DNA of 60,996 nt, from assembly GCF_032062105.1 (NCBI RefSeq), contig NW_026924749.1:186001-246996 (forward strand), in the 5' to 3' direction. A program made the translations under genes and the position numbers. Of the stretch, positions 39,936-54,176 are shown in pieces. The notes beneath the pieces were generated by a model that was not told the DNA's origin, did not search any database, and was given only the letters and a program-made list of their open reading frames with translations. The stretch is from Saccostrea cucullata (taxonomy: Eukaryota). Each line of letters begins with the position of its first letter. Within the stretch, counting starts at the first letter, position 1.

Positions 39936-40884
39936 TCTTTTTATAAAGAACAAATAAATTACACAATGAAATCTTTGATCCAAAAAATGTTTGATTCAAT
40001 ATTGACGAAATATAACGTATTTACAAATATGTTACAAAGAGAACGACATATTGTATGAAGTATGCTAATCACAAACAAACTATAATTCAAATTTCAATAG
40101 AAATCATTATAGCGTCTACCTTCATAAACTTTGTAAATCTAAAATCTCTGATATCAATGTAACATCAACATTTTTGTCAGTAGCACAAGGTGAAAAAAAG
40201 ACATTTCTATACATTATATGAAGGTCACCCAGTCTTCTTGTAGTTCACATTGAGATTCGCATTAGTTTAAAAAAGGAATGCTTGATTATTTCGCCAATTT
40301 CAGTACATTTCACCCTTCTCATGGGAATGAACCTTCACATTTCACATATAAACTTAAATGTATTGCATAATTACATTTTATTGGTTAAAAGGAGTTATGT
40401 TTTTAGCTTGTCCAGTTCTGAAACACCAAAAAGATTTTTAATTTATTGGTCTAAGCCAAGACATATAGAAAGTATTAAAAATTTCCCCAACATTTCAATT
40501 TTAAAAATTAATTTTAATAAACCTGATAAAACTCTTGTACTGTGCAACAATATATTCAATGTGGGTAAATCAGATGTACATACTTTCAAGTATGTGAATA
40601 ATGCTAATAACTTTTAGAAAATTTGAAAGCACGAGAACTTACCAAAATCAACAGCTTAGAAACTCACAACTTTTCAACTTTATACACAACCAATACCCAA
40701 TACCGATACATTAAAGTCCAAGATTTTTTCTATATTATCGACAGCTGCTTTTGCAATAAATGTGAAAATTAACTTTCCTTTTCTTTGATCATTTGCAAAA
40801 TGATGTTGTAAAAATATTCTGATTGTACTCACAAGTACTCTGAATTTGACATCAAAATGATGCTTACGTTTGTGCCCGACAATA

Positions 40885-41345
40885 TCTATGAAGCAGAATT
40901 TGTCCCAAATCTTATATGTGAAAAGAAAACCAAACACTTGCTGTGACCCTCAACTCGATATTTAGATATATCGATGACGTATTATCAATTGACAATGGTT
41001 ATTTTATATTCATATGACGATACGATATACCCCGGTTAGCTTCAGGTGAAGGATATCATAGAGTTTGACACATCTGTTTTAAATTTGGATGTTTTATTTG
41101 AAAAAGACGTTAAGGGTAACTTCACAATCAAAATCCATGATGAACGTGATGACTTTAATATTTTTAATCGTCAACTTACCTTATGTATTCAGCTATATAC
41201 CTTCATCACCTGCATACGGAGTTTATATTTATATATCTCAGTTGATTCGATACGCAATAGCATGTTCTATGTACGAGTGAAACTATTGAAAATAGGTCGA
41301 TGAAACAAGAATATCATCAGTATCGTTTAAAATCATCATTTTGTA
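40885..41345 (+). mobile_element. Penelope-like RT remnant
   Basis: YEAEFVPNL, FRYIDDVLSIDNG, ERDDFN, PSSPAYGVY, SQLIRYAIAC. Confidence 0.75.
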
Positions 41346-44300
41346 AGTTACTTACTCTAATGAATTAGACGATTGATTAAAGTCGTCACGTTTATCATTG
41401 AGCAGGTTAGATTTCCTTTACATGCATTCTCTAATGATTAAGATCTACGGTAACTGTTATAAGTCAGATGAACTTGCTTATAGCTATAAAATGAAATATC
41501 AAAGAAAGATAACTCTTCACGATTTAAGAAGATATTGAATTCATTGTTACTTCCTTTTATGCAGTAAAAATAATTAATGACACCTGTCAGGGAAGTCTAT
41601 GTATGACTACCATAATATCGTATTGTCCCATTGAGATTACTGTATAACTTTATATAAATTCTAGTATCAACAGTAGTATCATTTGTCATAAAAATTGAAA
41701 ATGGAGACAGATGCCAATTAAGGGCAAGCAAATACGAATTTTTGGCTGGGGTAAATGTAGCTATCAAGCACAATAAAAGCTATTAACAGGACCTGCTTAA
41801 GACAATTTATCATGGGAACAGAAGAAGAAAGTAGTTATGATCTAAAAAACACTCTCTAAAATACTACCCTAGCAAAATAAAGGGGAGGGGGACAGTCCCT
41901 GCATATGAAGGTAAACATTTATCGACAATTTTCACAGAGTTTGTATTCATTGTAAAACTAAAATAACTTTTTAACAGTATTTCATTTAGTCAGGAAAAGT
42001 ATGCAAGAGTTAAATATCACTGTGTCAGGGCTCCTGCGTAGTAGAGCGACGTGCCTTTATGACATGAACTCAATTTTATAAATGAGAAGTTATTTTTAGA
42101 AACACTCGTCTTTTATATGAATGATCATGGAATATATTTATCGTGTGTCTTATTTGACCAATCAGATTAATCTTCTATTAGTCTGGATAATCGATTCATA
42201 AAGTCAATCAAATCACATGTTATTTAACCCTCCAATAAAACTTATCTTCTCTAGCATTTGATGCCAAGGATGATCCTTGAATACTTTTTGGAATGTATAA
42301 AAAAAACACGGAAAACATAACTGTAAATGACAAAGTCTTTTTTTTAATAAATTCTTACTTTAGAACAATGATCAATTGAAAACATAAGCAAGAAATTTTT
42401 CCCACAAATAAATCAAAATGATTTTACGATGATTTATCAAATGAATTTTGTTTAACTTTGCAATCGTTAGAACTGTTGAAAAATTGCGAAAAGATTGTGT
42501 TGATTGACTTTCAACAAAACAATGCTCAAGGTTCCCTTTTTCATCTAGGTGAAGTGTTCGAGAAAATATGTATGTACTTCTGTCACGCGAAGTTGATGAA
42601 TTTTTGTTCTTGTATCTATTAGATTGTGATGCAGGTTCGATTAAAGTCTGAAGACAACAAATGCAGTGTTCACACTTTTGAGTCAAATAAGACAATACAG
42701 TTTGGAAGCAGAGCAAACACAACCCTTTATTGATAGAAGCATCATAGATGGAATTACGTGGCTGTAGGATTATGCATCCATTGTCTAGTAGTCATGCCCA
42801 CCTATGTGATATTTGTTAGGATCAGGCATATGAAAAAATACATAGACAACTTAGAGTGAAAGTAATTACCAAACAGTTTGTATGAAATCGTCAATAACTT
42901 TTTGACAAAAGGTTAATTTGTATTTGCTGACATGGTCATTTTATCAATATTAAAGTTTGCAAAATGATGACTATGAACAAGATGGTTGATTTCCAAGAAC
43001 TAGAAATCAATTATTCAAAACCTTGCCTCGTTTATGAAAACGCTTTACGTAACACGTTAATGCACTTGCGTTTCAAATTAACTGGGCGACATAAAATCCA
43101 AATGCAGAAGATAAGGGTATTTTGCTACATAAAGGAGGGAAACGTACGAAAGAAATTAAAGTAAAATCATCAGTTTTATCGGAAATGTTATTTGGTTAAC
43201 AGTATTTATTGAGAATGCAAATACGCACCATCCCTTTCAGACTCTAGAGTATTTTATTGCAATTGAGTTCTAATGAATATATAAAAACATATATAGTAAG
43301 ATAAACGTCGTCTATATATTTGAATTTCAATTTGAAGGTCACAGCAAGAATCTTATTTTTCATGTGAGATTTTTTTTAATTCTTCCTAGGAATAAAAAAT
43401 AACAGGGAGTGATCAGAACCCATGAAAATTCAAAAAGATTGTAACACAGGTCTTGTCCATTAGAAACGCAATGATATCAACGTCAGAGTTTTGTTGTGGA
43501 TAACCAGAATGTTAAATTTTCTAATGCAAAATTATTTTGTATACCGAAGGAGTAGAATGTTAAATGTCATTTCCACTTTTAAAACATTTAGATGAAAAAT
43601 GAATGTATAGGAAGAATACCAATGCATAAAATAATGTTATTAAGTAATCATGTTTATGTAATGTGTGTTTTATTTGCTCACTATTTGGAAAATATATGAA
43701 TTAAGTTCAATGTATTTTTTTTTTCAAACATTGAGTGGTTAAAGTCCAAAAAAAAAATTTTTTTTAATTTTTAAAAAGTGCATATTTTTATAAATTTATT
43801 TAGAGAGTGTATGTAAATTAACCATTATAATAACATATATGCTCGAATATTTTGTAGACAAGTAAATGCATTTTGCATTAATATAAAAACAACGCATTTA
43901 ACCTTTTTAGAATGGCATTGTATTTTTGTTTTATTCCAAGTGCCATGATGCGTTAGTCCATTGTGTAGAAAATTATAATTTGTTACGATTCAACATGTAT
44001 GAAATTTCGTTTTCCCTTATACGGCTTCCAACGTTTGTGACGTCAGCATAAAATAATAACTGTGATATTTTGACTCTCCTGTCTCCGTGTTGTTTTTTCA
44101 ATACTAAATCTTTAAAATCTAAAACCAGACGTTCTGATGGGCGATTGAAGTATACCAAAGAGAGCGTAGAAGTATAAGAGGGTTATTAGAAATTTGCGCA
44201 CCTGTCTTTGTGTATACATATGAAGTATTCTCTGTAAAATTTCAAATACTAAACGATAATTCATCTGTCGCTGGAATCATTTTCATTTTAAATTGCAAAT

Positions 44301-45774
44301 GAACTTGGAATTTCTTGAGAATGCAACATATATCTACTGTAGAAATGTAAATCAAAACAAATGCAAGTTAATTACAAGTTATCAAATAATTACCAACGGT
44401 GTAAATTTGAAAAAACCTCTAATATTTCATGTTACAAAAGAAAGTTGTTTAGTTCTAATATAATGTTTCTACCTCATGTACACGTGACATGTAACTTACG
44501 TACAGCTTTAGACAATATACTGTACTGTATTCACATTGAATATTTTATCAAGAAGGCAAACTCTTAATTTTGCCTACAATTCATCAAAATGAACATTTTT
44601 GTAAACATGAATTCCACATGCACGTACATACTTTCTTGAACATCAATCAATCATTGATTTACAGAAGTGACATTTCGAACTGACATTATTAATTATTTTT
44701 GTGTAATATTTCACATTTTCAAACCTATTGATATCAATGACATAAAAAAATGCAACACCCATCAGTATTTCCTTCAGGTTTTTAGTATTCCCCTGAAAAT
44801 TCATAGAAACTTTTTTTGTTCTGAATTTGCTTTTCGTTTTCTCTACGAAAAAAATCTTTACCTTCATTTAAAATGATCTTGAAGCAAGACATATATGATA
44901 TAGCCAGTCTAGAAAATATGTACTTTAATTTGGTTTTATTTCAAATTATTTTTCATCATTCTTAATTTTCAACAAGCCAAAAAGAAACTTGAAAATTATA
45001 CAATGCATTTAATTTCACTTTTTTCAACAATCTGTAGATTTTTCTGTTAGAAATATTTAAAAACCATAAGAAAAATGATTTTTATTACTATTTGAAAGTA
45101 ATCTTTTGTTTGTGTGCAGTAGACTGTTAAAATCTGTATTTTCTTTGCAGTGTTTACTCTTAATTTTTAAATGTTGTTTTATCTCAGTGGCATTTGTCAT
45201 AACATTTTAAATTAATTGCACTTTTTTTTTACAATAGGTAGATTTCGTGAAAGAAAAGAAAAGACATGAGAGCCTCGCCCTTCTTCTTGGGCAAGGTCTT
45301 TATAATTAATATTTCAAATTGCTGACCACACATGCATACGCGTAAAGTAATTATTTAAGATGCATTCTTCTGAGACGCCCTATTGATGGAAAATGTTTAA
45401 CATTAAGATCTGGGATGTTAAAAAGTTATATATTGGTTTTGACACCCTTAAACAAGTACTTTGGATATTGATAAAACAAAATAATTGAAAATAAGTGCCA
45501 TTTATCGACACATAGATCATCTTTTGTGGTTGCTTTGATGGGCGTGGATATAAACGTTTAACACATTATTAATTATTACATCAAAATATATGTTACCCTG
45601 ACAGTTAAACATGTCTTCAATGTGACAAAAGCTAAAGATTAAATGATGTCTTGGGTTTACCACAAACACAAACCAATCATTGTTTTTAAATATCATAGAA
45701 AAATCTGGAAAGGCAGGGCTATAACCTTACATACAAAATGTTCATAAAATGAATGAAAAAACGGAGCCTTTATT

Positions 45775-47687
45775 TTATTGTAAACATTGTGAAATCCAGG
45801 ACTCGGTACAATAAGCTGGAGCTGTTTCATGATAATGAAAGTAGGCACCAACCCTAACAGCGGAGTAAAATATCTCGGCGGAATGCTGGCAGTTAATGAG
45901 ACGTTTCTTTCCAGTGCAAGTAGCCATCATATGGTTCAAGAAAAGTTTGTCACATGCAGCCCGATCAAAGCCAAATCGGTGTCCCTGTCAAAAGATTATC
46001 ATTTGAAATAGATAAAATACCAATATAATCTTAATAATATAATAATAAACAGTAGTTCCATTAAATTTTTTTATCAATATTGACATGAATAAAAAAAAAG
46101 TATCTTTCTTACCCTTATTTGATGTTATCTTCATTATAAATAAAGTTTTGAATACTGCTCGTTATCTCAATATGTTTCATTTTTAATTTTTTATTAAAAC
46201 ATTGACCAGTTTTCTATAAAATTACCTGCAATTTAATTAAAAATATACATTTTATTTAAAATATTTAATTTTTATCCCTTATCTTCTTTTCGATAGGAAA
46301 ACAATGCATTTTCAAAAAAAATGGACATGGCTGATTATGATTTGTTTTTCATTATCGTCAAATACGTATAAATAATATAGAATACTTGAAGTCAAATATT
46401 AATGCATTCTGAACCTTTTTCAAGAGTGACATTTTAATTACATACTAGTTATTTAAAGGAAAGAAATTACAAATGTTGACCGGGAATCTCTTTGTCACAC
46501 ACACAAAAAAAAATAAAAGTAAAGTAAATAGATCGTTGTTTTCGTGATTTTTATATACATATAAATACCAGAAAAAAACGTAAAGCGAATAATAAAACAA
46601 ATCTTTTTCATGTATAAACAGCTAAATTAAAATCTTACACAATCATAGCAGACGTCGTGCTTATTGCAGGAAGGTGTAAATTGAGCCTCGTAATCAAAAT
46701 GGAGAAGTGGAACACTGCATCCATCCACCGCTCCTGCAGGAGCATTGTCCATACATACATCACTTCCGGAAATTTCCAAAACAGCTACCACATACAACAC
46801 AATCAGACTAACAATGCCCTACAATAAAAAAATGCATTTGATGATAAATGTAAAAGAAAAAAGAAATTTTCATTTGGGATATAAAAACGTTTTTTTAGTT
46901 TTTTTTTTAATTTAAGGTTTATATACTACTTTCTTTACATAAATAAAGAAAGTAGAATACTCAGTATTTCTTTGTTGAATTTCTATAGATCTTCATTATG
47001 TTTTTTAATGTTTATGCTTTTATTTTGATTCCTCAATGTCTGATCTCTAAAAGTTATATTCTTCATATCACACACCTTATAATCAGACGAAAGGTCATTG
47101 TATTAACAGCACTAGGTAATCTACCGAGACAGATTAAAGAAAATTTCAGGCATATTTCGTAATGTGCGTCATCAACGACATACATTTATTGAATTTTCAT
47201 GTATAAAGAATGCAGATATTATAATATCTACATGTCCTTTAATCGTTTTTAGAAGATTTTCCTATTTTTTTGTATTTGTAATTGATAATTGATATTGATA
47301 AACTAATTAAAATAAGGATAAAAGCATGATAGAAATCAAATAAAAGTAAATCATGCCTCTTTATTAAATATTCGATTGAATTTTTCCTTTAGCTTCTCAA
47401 AATTAAATACATAATGCTAATTTATTTTGAAGATTAAGGAATACGAAATAAAGCCTAACTGAATCGTTTAAAATCGCCAATAAACTCTTATTTAAATAGA
47501 AGTTTAGTTTATAATTTGTATCCTTTTCTGATTTTTATGATTATCAAAGCGTTGTTTTTCACTTAGCACCCCTGTATTAGAAGAATTGATTTTGAGACCT
47601 ATTTTCTGCAGGGTTAATCAGGTATTGGAATTCACGTGCCACGATTTAAAATTAATTAAGGGATCCGACAGATCAACTTACCTGCAT
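45775..47687 (-). CDS. Conodipine-like secreted phospholipase A2 precursor, 3 coding exons, 131 aa
   Basis: Exons 47687-47682 (MQ), 46818-46639, 45984-45775, all phase 0 GT-AG. Signal peptide, DGCSVP, catalytic FTPSCNKHDVCYDC, CDKLFLNHM, dibasic GKKR, AEIFYSAVR, terminal CTESWISQCLQ. Not in the ORF track. Confidence 0.9.
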
Positions 47688-49162
47688 GATTTAGCAAATC
47701 CTCTTATAGTATTGTATGATATCTCTTATACCATATCTTATCAAAATAAATCGAGTGGATAAAATGTCCATTTCCTAAGTCTTATTCTGGTGACTTCAGT
47801 ACAGGTCACGCAACAGATTCGTCAGAATGATAGGGCTTAATAATGTGACCGTGGATCACCAGTAAATGTCCACAGACCGTTATCAATATTTATTGCATCC
47901 GTCTTTCAATGTTTGGAGATTCATTATTAGATATAGCTAGAAAATTAGTTGAGTTCAATTTTAAACGGATCTTTAAGTATGCGGGTCATTTTGTCACAAA
48001 TATTCGATACCTGTTTAAGTGTATCCTATCAAAGTTTTTAATTTAGATTATTAATAACTCTTATTTAAAGATATGTGTCAGAAGAAACGATAAATTATCA
48101 AATACTTTGAAAGGAAAGATGGGTTCATTCCGTATATGTAGCTTTCAGTTGGGCGAAACAGAATATTAGCAGCTTTTTAGTTGAAAATGAAAATGATATA
48201 TCTTCAGTGTAATGACATTACATCCATCACTTTGAAATTGAATTGAATTTGTCACTTTTTTCAAGGTTACCTGAAAATATGAAAATGTCTTTCATTAAAG
48301 AAACATTAATAATCTGACAAAAAATGTAATTGGGTAATTAATCACCACCAATTAATGTTAACGAAGTTCAAAAATTTTATAAAATGATAAAAAAAAAGAA
48401 ATGGTGAGCTTCTTGATCAAACATTTAAAGGCCTTACAAAAACCCTCTGGGGATAGATATTTTATAAAGACCCGTAAATTTCGGTGTGCAAATAATTTAC
48501 TTCCATTCTTAAAAACGCTGTAAAAACATCCATTAAGGCATGCGACTTAAGATACAAAAAGTTTGTTTATTTTTAAAACTTTTTTGGAATTTGCTTTGAA
48601 TATGCAAGATATTATTCATAAAGTACAAATTATTGTTTTAACTAGTTATATCACATTTGAACGAATACATGTAGGAACGGTAGTTTTGAAATGTCATGAC
48701 ATTTCACAGACCAAAGATTATCATTAAAATCTTTGACTATTCTAAATAACTATGTTTGATCAGTCCATCTTATCTGTTTTAAGAATCAGATTTTTTTTGC
48801 AATTCAACAATAACACCCAGTCAAACCCCTTGTCAACAACTCGTAAACAGTCTTTATGTAATTAACAGAAAATCTGCGCTTTAAAAGACATAATGACAAT
48901 AAAACCTTTCATCGCGTACTTTTAACACAGAAAACATACCGGGACATCTACAAGGAAGAATGTTAAACCCATTGTTCTTTACAACAGAGACTGAAGGTTT
49001 TTGTGTATTAGCTTTTAAGTGGTTAAGAATGTAATCTGATTTAGAAGAGTCCATGGCCATCTATATAGCTTGCTGATTGTTAAAGAACACCTCAGAACCC
49101 GCGACAAACGTTTGAGAAACACACGACAAGGAATTTTGTTCCTGTAATTCTAAGCTTCGACA

Positions 49163-49794
49163 ATGGAATTTATGTCCGCTACCGACAGAGTGAATGCTGC
49201 ATTCGCTACTTTGCAGTCTGAGTTGGTGAGGGATAATTTATAAATTTATTACCTGTATTCACTGTTTAGAAATACATTACTGTTTAAATCTTTTTAGAAT
49301 CTTGTTTAATCATTCGATAAAGTAATACCAAAATAAGAAATGATATTGTTTAGTTTTCATCATTCTAAAGTTATTTATCAATAATTGATCCAAACAAATG
49401 TTGCAATGTTCAAAAGAGTTTACAGAAAATGTTAGATGTTATAAATTGAAAACTTGACTAAAACAATTTATATTTCATTTCTGCTTCATTTTCTAATTAA
49501 ACTGAAAATACTTTTCAGAGAGAAATCAGAACACAAGACATCAGTCTGATGAAGCAGCTACTTAGTATCAACGATTCCATCCAGAGTCTGTCCAAGAAAA
49601 AGAGCGACAAGTCACGCGCCAGGAGAATGACAAGAAAAATCTCCCGCAAACCAGCACTGGCGGAAATCACAGACGAGGACCAAACATACAGCAGGAAGGA
49701 CGAAATCAAACTCCTAACTAACATTAAATTATGGAAATACTCCCAGTCAGAAGAATCCAGCTCGGGATCAGAGTCAGAAATCTTGTCTGACTAG
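49163..49794 (+). CDS. Small LURAP (leucine-rich adaptor protein 1-like / FAM89 / FAM167-type) coiled-coil protein, 2 exons, 112 aa
   Basis: Exons 49163-49225 and 49519-49794 (phase 0, GT-AG): VNAAFATLQSEL|REIRTQDISLMKQLLSINDSIQSL fits the LURAP motif; basic middle and Ser/acidic tail. Confidence 0.8.
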
Positions 49795-51344
49795 AAAGTG
49801 CCTCAACTGATTCCAGAATACCTCATTTAACGACGGTCTCTCTTAAAGCTGATGCATCAAGTACCCCACTTTCTCGACAAATCAGTTTTAGAGGTACACA
49901 GACCGGATTAAGAACAACCTTCATCAGACTCTGACGTTTTTGTTTTTTGTTATTTCTCTCGTCGCCTTTCATTGATAAAAGTAGGGTTTTGTAATGAAGG
50001 ACGATGACAGAGCCAGGCAATAGTAGCGATAGTTGCTGTTACTTTGATTGGTTTATTGTCTTTTAATGGATGTTTTTTTCTTTGTTTGTTCATGTTTGTT
50101 TTTAAATGCATGCAAGTATTCTCTGTATGAATATTTTTTGTCAAGTGCATATTTGTGTTGATTTCGACGAAGTCTTTGGACGGATTCAAATATTTCTTGT
50201 TTTGTGCAATGTAAGATTTTTTTCAAAAATAATTTTCTCGCCTTTTTCAAGAGAAATGTTAAAAAATTAGTTCGATATTTTCTGATATTAAACTCTTTAA
50301 AAGTATTTAAATATCATTGTTCTCAGTTATATACATTTTAAAGAAATCAAGATTTGGTTGATCATATTCAACTTAATTGAATTTATTTTTTTAAACGTGT
50401 TCGATAACAGATCAAAATTTTTTAGCTTATGTTTTGTGTCCCAAGTAAGACTTTGTATTTGTGTCTGTGTTTTTTACATGTTGTATGTTTGTCCACAACT
50501 TTAACTTTGACCTATTACCAAGCTTTGTGTTAAGTTCAGTTATGGGTCAAAGTTAGAGCCTCTTTAAAACTTAAAGTAATGCATGAAGACTACAAGTCTA
50601 AAAAGAAATTGGATAGTTTCGGTTATGTTACAGGTATAAAATATTATGTTATTCATCATAGAGAATACTTTTGTCAAATGTCAAAACATTTAAGAAATAT
50701 TATTGTTTTCATATGATATTTTTTATTCATAAATTTCTAAATATATTTTAAAAAGAAAATCAAGATTAATTTTGATATCTATTTTTCATGAAAATTCAAA
50801 ATTTATCAAAAATTATAGAGCTGTTACCATTATTATAATATTTTTGTTAAATACTTTGGAATAAAGACTCTAAAATGCATGGTATGTTTTTTTTCATTCT
50901 TCGTAAAATGTAACATCTGTTCGTTACAGCCTTAATGTTTAAATAGTTTCAAAAAACAAAGGTTAAACTAACCAAACTAAGAACAAGGTATGGTTATCAT
51001 ACAAATCTTGCCCTGTGATTGTCTAAAAAATGAAACGGGTATAAAAGATGAAAACCCATGCTTTCTGAATCATTAGAATTCCATGCAAAAAAAATCATAC
51101 ACATTAATTCTCTCACACATGTTTTAAATGCTTATTTTGATGTCATAAACATGTGCATTTTCCCGTATTTTCTTAAAAAGTTGCAGAAGACACCAATTTT
51201 CAATGAAATTTTCTTTCAGACAATATGGTCCACAGGCATCGCCTACAAAGTTTTTGAGATATGAGATTTTTTTATTGACTTTTGCACATATAAAAAAAAT
51301 AAAGTGGGCGATGGCTGTGGACACTATCGTCTAAAGGAAAATTA

Positions 51345-51551
51345 CTGTAGAAGTACTTTTTTCCTCGTGGTATTGATTTACGCTATCTACGCGGTCACTA
51401 ATTTTCCGCGGAAATTTGTCCAAGCGTACTTAATATAAATGTAAGGCATATAGTGACAATCTAGAAAATCCGTGTAATTTTCTACCCGCGGATTCAACAG
51501 AAATTGAGATTCCGCGGAATTATGACCCCGTGGAAAAAAGTACGTCTACAG
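51345..51551. mobile_element. Tc1/mariner-type MITE (TA TSD)
   Basis: TA|CTGTAGAAGTACTTTTTTCC ... GGAAAAAAGTACGTCTACAG|TA. Confidence 0.8.
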
Positions 51552-52557
51552 TACCCTTGAATTGGACCATTTTGAGGTATTTCTGTTGAAAATAGAGAAA
51601 TGCGTCACAGTAATGACATCATATTTGCAGAATGGTAACCATTTATGGCATATTCTTTCCTGATTTATGTCATATACTTAACTAATATTAAGCCAGTTTC
51701 AAAACTGTTTGATGGCAATACATTTTTAGGGCATAATAAAGCTAAAACCAATAAAACCATACCTTCCTCTTTATTAAATACTAAAGATTTTTTTTACTAC
51801 TATGCTTATCGTGCAGAAAGAAAATGTATAAAAAAGAAAAAAGTGCAATGGTAGTTTTCACTCCAGCACATATGAGATTATATTCGGTAAATAATTTGAG
51901 TTGCAGACAAAATACGAGATGCTTTGGAGTACATATATGTTTGAATAGGCATTTCATAAACACCTGATTGAGCTTGTCTTTATTTCTGGAATAAACACCC
52001 CGAGGATTTTTTTTTTTAAAAACTTACACTAACGTCATAATTAAAATTTTAGCATTGTAGCAAATATATGACTATGATGAAGTAAAAAAAGAAAATTAAA
52101 TTAATGCGTTTGATTTGCGAAAATATAATTTTGGAATTTAAAGGACATATAAAATGTACGATATGTCAACAATGAAATTCGCTAGACAGCATACAACCTA
52201 TTTTCATTCATACTTTGATGGGAAAACATAATTGATAAATAGAAAACTTGTTTCATGCTGACAAGGATGAATAAATATAATCATTTTGTGTGGGCATTTC
52301 CTTTGCTGAACATGAACAAAATTAAAAAGTTGTAAGTTAAGCATTAATTGTCATAAAATGCGTTTTTATTCCATCTAAAATTACGCAAAATTATTAATAA
52401 CTTTGCACTTTTGTACCACGTGAACAAATTGGTCACGACGACCCACCCTATGAGTTTCTCTAATATGTATGTTTAATGAAAATGACCTCTGATAGTTCAA
52501 AATAAATCTTAGATAAAAAAAAATAGAAGTAAAAACAAAAATAAACTTCAAATACTT

Positions 52558-52825
52558 TTATGTAACCCTAGTGATCAGGCTAGACTACCGCAATAGTTGA
52601 AATATAACAAACAATGTATACTGAGTGAGAATTGTCATTTATTAAATGACAATAAGTATATAACACATATAAAGTTAAGGGGAGATCACCGGGATATTTC
52701 CTGAGTAAAAAGAACAATAAATTTGGCAACGGTATCTCCCCTGTTGCAAACAAACATTACTTTGGCAAAAATATTTTGACAAATAAAAAGTATATAAACC
52801 ACAAAGTTGTCAAAACAAAAAGCTG
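52558..52825 (-). repeat. Split direct repeat B2 (268 bp)
   Basis: Matches 53175-53442 (offset 617) with 2 mismatches seen. Confidence 0.95.
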
Positions 52826-52954
52826 ACATGACAAAAGTTGCAACGATGGCAATTAAGATGGCACAAGGTATATATTATGAAAAAGAAAAAATACAAAACA
52901 TAATTTTGAGACTACAATATTTTATCATGGAGTATGAAGGGGGACGGAGGGTGG

Positions 52955-53176
52955 GTAAATTTCTAAAAACAAATTTGTGAATTTCTTGGCACTTCTAAAT
53001 CAGTGAAAAGACGCTATCTTGTGTCACGTGATTTGCATAAGCGTTACGATTGGATAATTACAACTTTTTACTAAAGGAGACAGCTAATAACACAATAAGA
53101 CTCAAACAAACATGAAAATTGAACTACATTACATCATAGATTACATAAAGGCTATTATTTACAATAATGCTGTATT
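52955..53176 (-). repeat. Split direct repeat A2 (222 bp)
   Basis: Matches 59367-59588 (offset 6412) with 4 mismatches seen. Confidence 0.95.
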
Positions 53177-53442
53177 ATGTAACCCTAGTGATCTGGCTAG
53201 ACTACCGCAATAGTTGAAATATAACAAACAATGTATACTGAGTGAGAATTGTCATTTATTAAATGACAATAAGTATATAACACATATAAAGTTAAGGGGA
53301 GATCACCGGGATATTTCCTGAGTACAAAGAACAATAAATTTGGCAACGGTATCTCCCCTGTTGCAAACAAACATTACTTTGGCAAAAATATTTTGACAAA
53401 TAAAAAGTATATAAACCACAAAGTTGTCAAAACAAAAAGCTG
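53175..53442 (-). repeat. Split direct repeat B1
   Basis: Copy of 52558-52825; abuts A2, sharing TT. Confidence 0.95.
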
Positions 53443-53519
53443 CCACCAAAAGCAAACTGCTATGAAAAGCTGTTTGCAAAAAACACAAGGCCAAAACAGG
53501 TGGACTAGCCAGATCAACA

Positions 53520-53708
53520 AAATCAGGCAGTCTACAGAACATTATATCTATATACAAAATCTTACAGTCTACACAGCATTATAACAACACAAAATCATAC
53601 AGTCTACACAGCATTATAACAACACAAAATCATACAGTGTATATAGCATAATAAGCATATAATAACCTTAAATCATACAGTCTATGCAGCATTATTATAC
53701 AACACAAA
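53520..53708. repeat. Minisatellite of about 35 bp, about 5 copies, in the Ngaro 3' region
   Basis: AAATCATACAGTCTACACAGCATTATAACAACAC and variants. Confidence 0.85.
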
Positions 53709-53937
53709 CAATAAAATGAGCAAGGCTCAGAATGTCAAGTACAATGGAGTAGCAACATATTGAAAGTTATTACTAATACATAAATGAACAAAAATTACAA
53801 ATCATTTGGTTCAAAACATGATGGTGAAACATGAACCAGTAGGCACAGTTTGTGTTATAAGTGGTAAGAAAGAAAATTATTTTAAAACAAATGTATCTAA
53901 TTATATTAAAAATGGTATGAGGAAAAAACAGAATGTT

Positions 53938-54098
53938 TACCCAGCAGTTTACTTCTGTCCTGAGCAAGCTTTGTATGTAAAAATTTTAAAAGTATGCACT
54001 GACACAGCAGTTTACTTCTGCCCTGTGTATTTAGGCGTGAGGCAAAATTAGAAAGACTGATTAGGAAAATTACATAGCAGTTTACTTCTGACCTATGT
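53938..54098 (-). repeat. Three dispersed bulged-hairpin repeats downstream of YR
   Basis: Invariant core CAGAAGTAAACTGCT (- strand) within 53938-53966, 54002-54028, 54072-54098, with differing but complementary outer stems. Confidence 0.85.
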
Positions 54099-54176
54099 GA
54101 CAATATCTAACCATAGGGACTTACAGGACTAGATTCGAATTCACAGAGCAGTTTTGGAATGCTTTCAAATAACATA

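Noticed and set aside
4254-47687. Immune gene cluster (FReD, TLR, sPLA2)
   Set aside because: These families are expanded in bivalves and the genes lie 10-20 kb apart; co-location could be chance without synteny or co-expression data.
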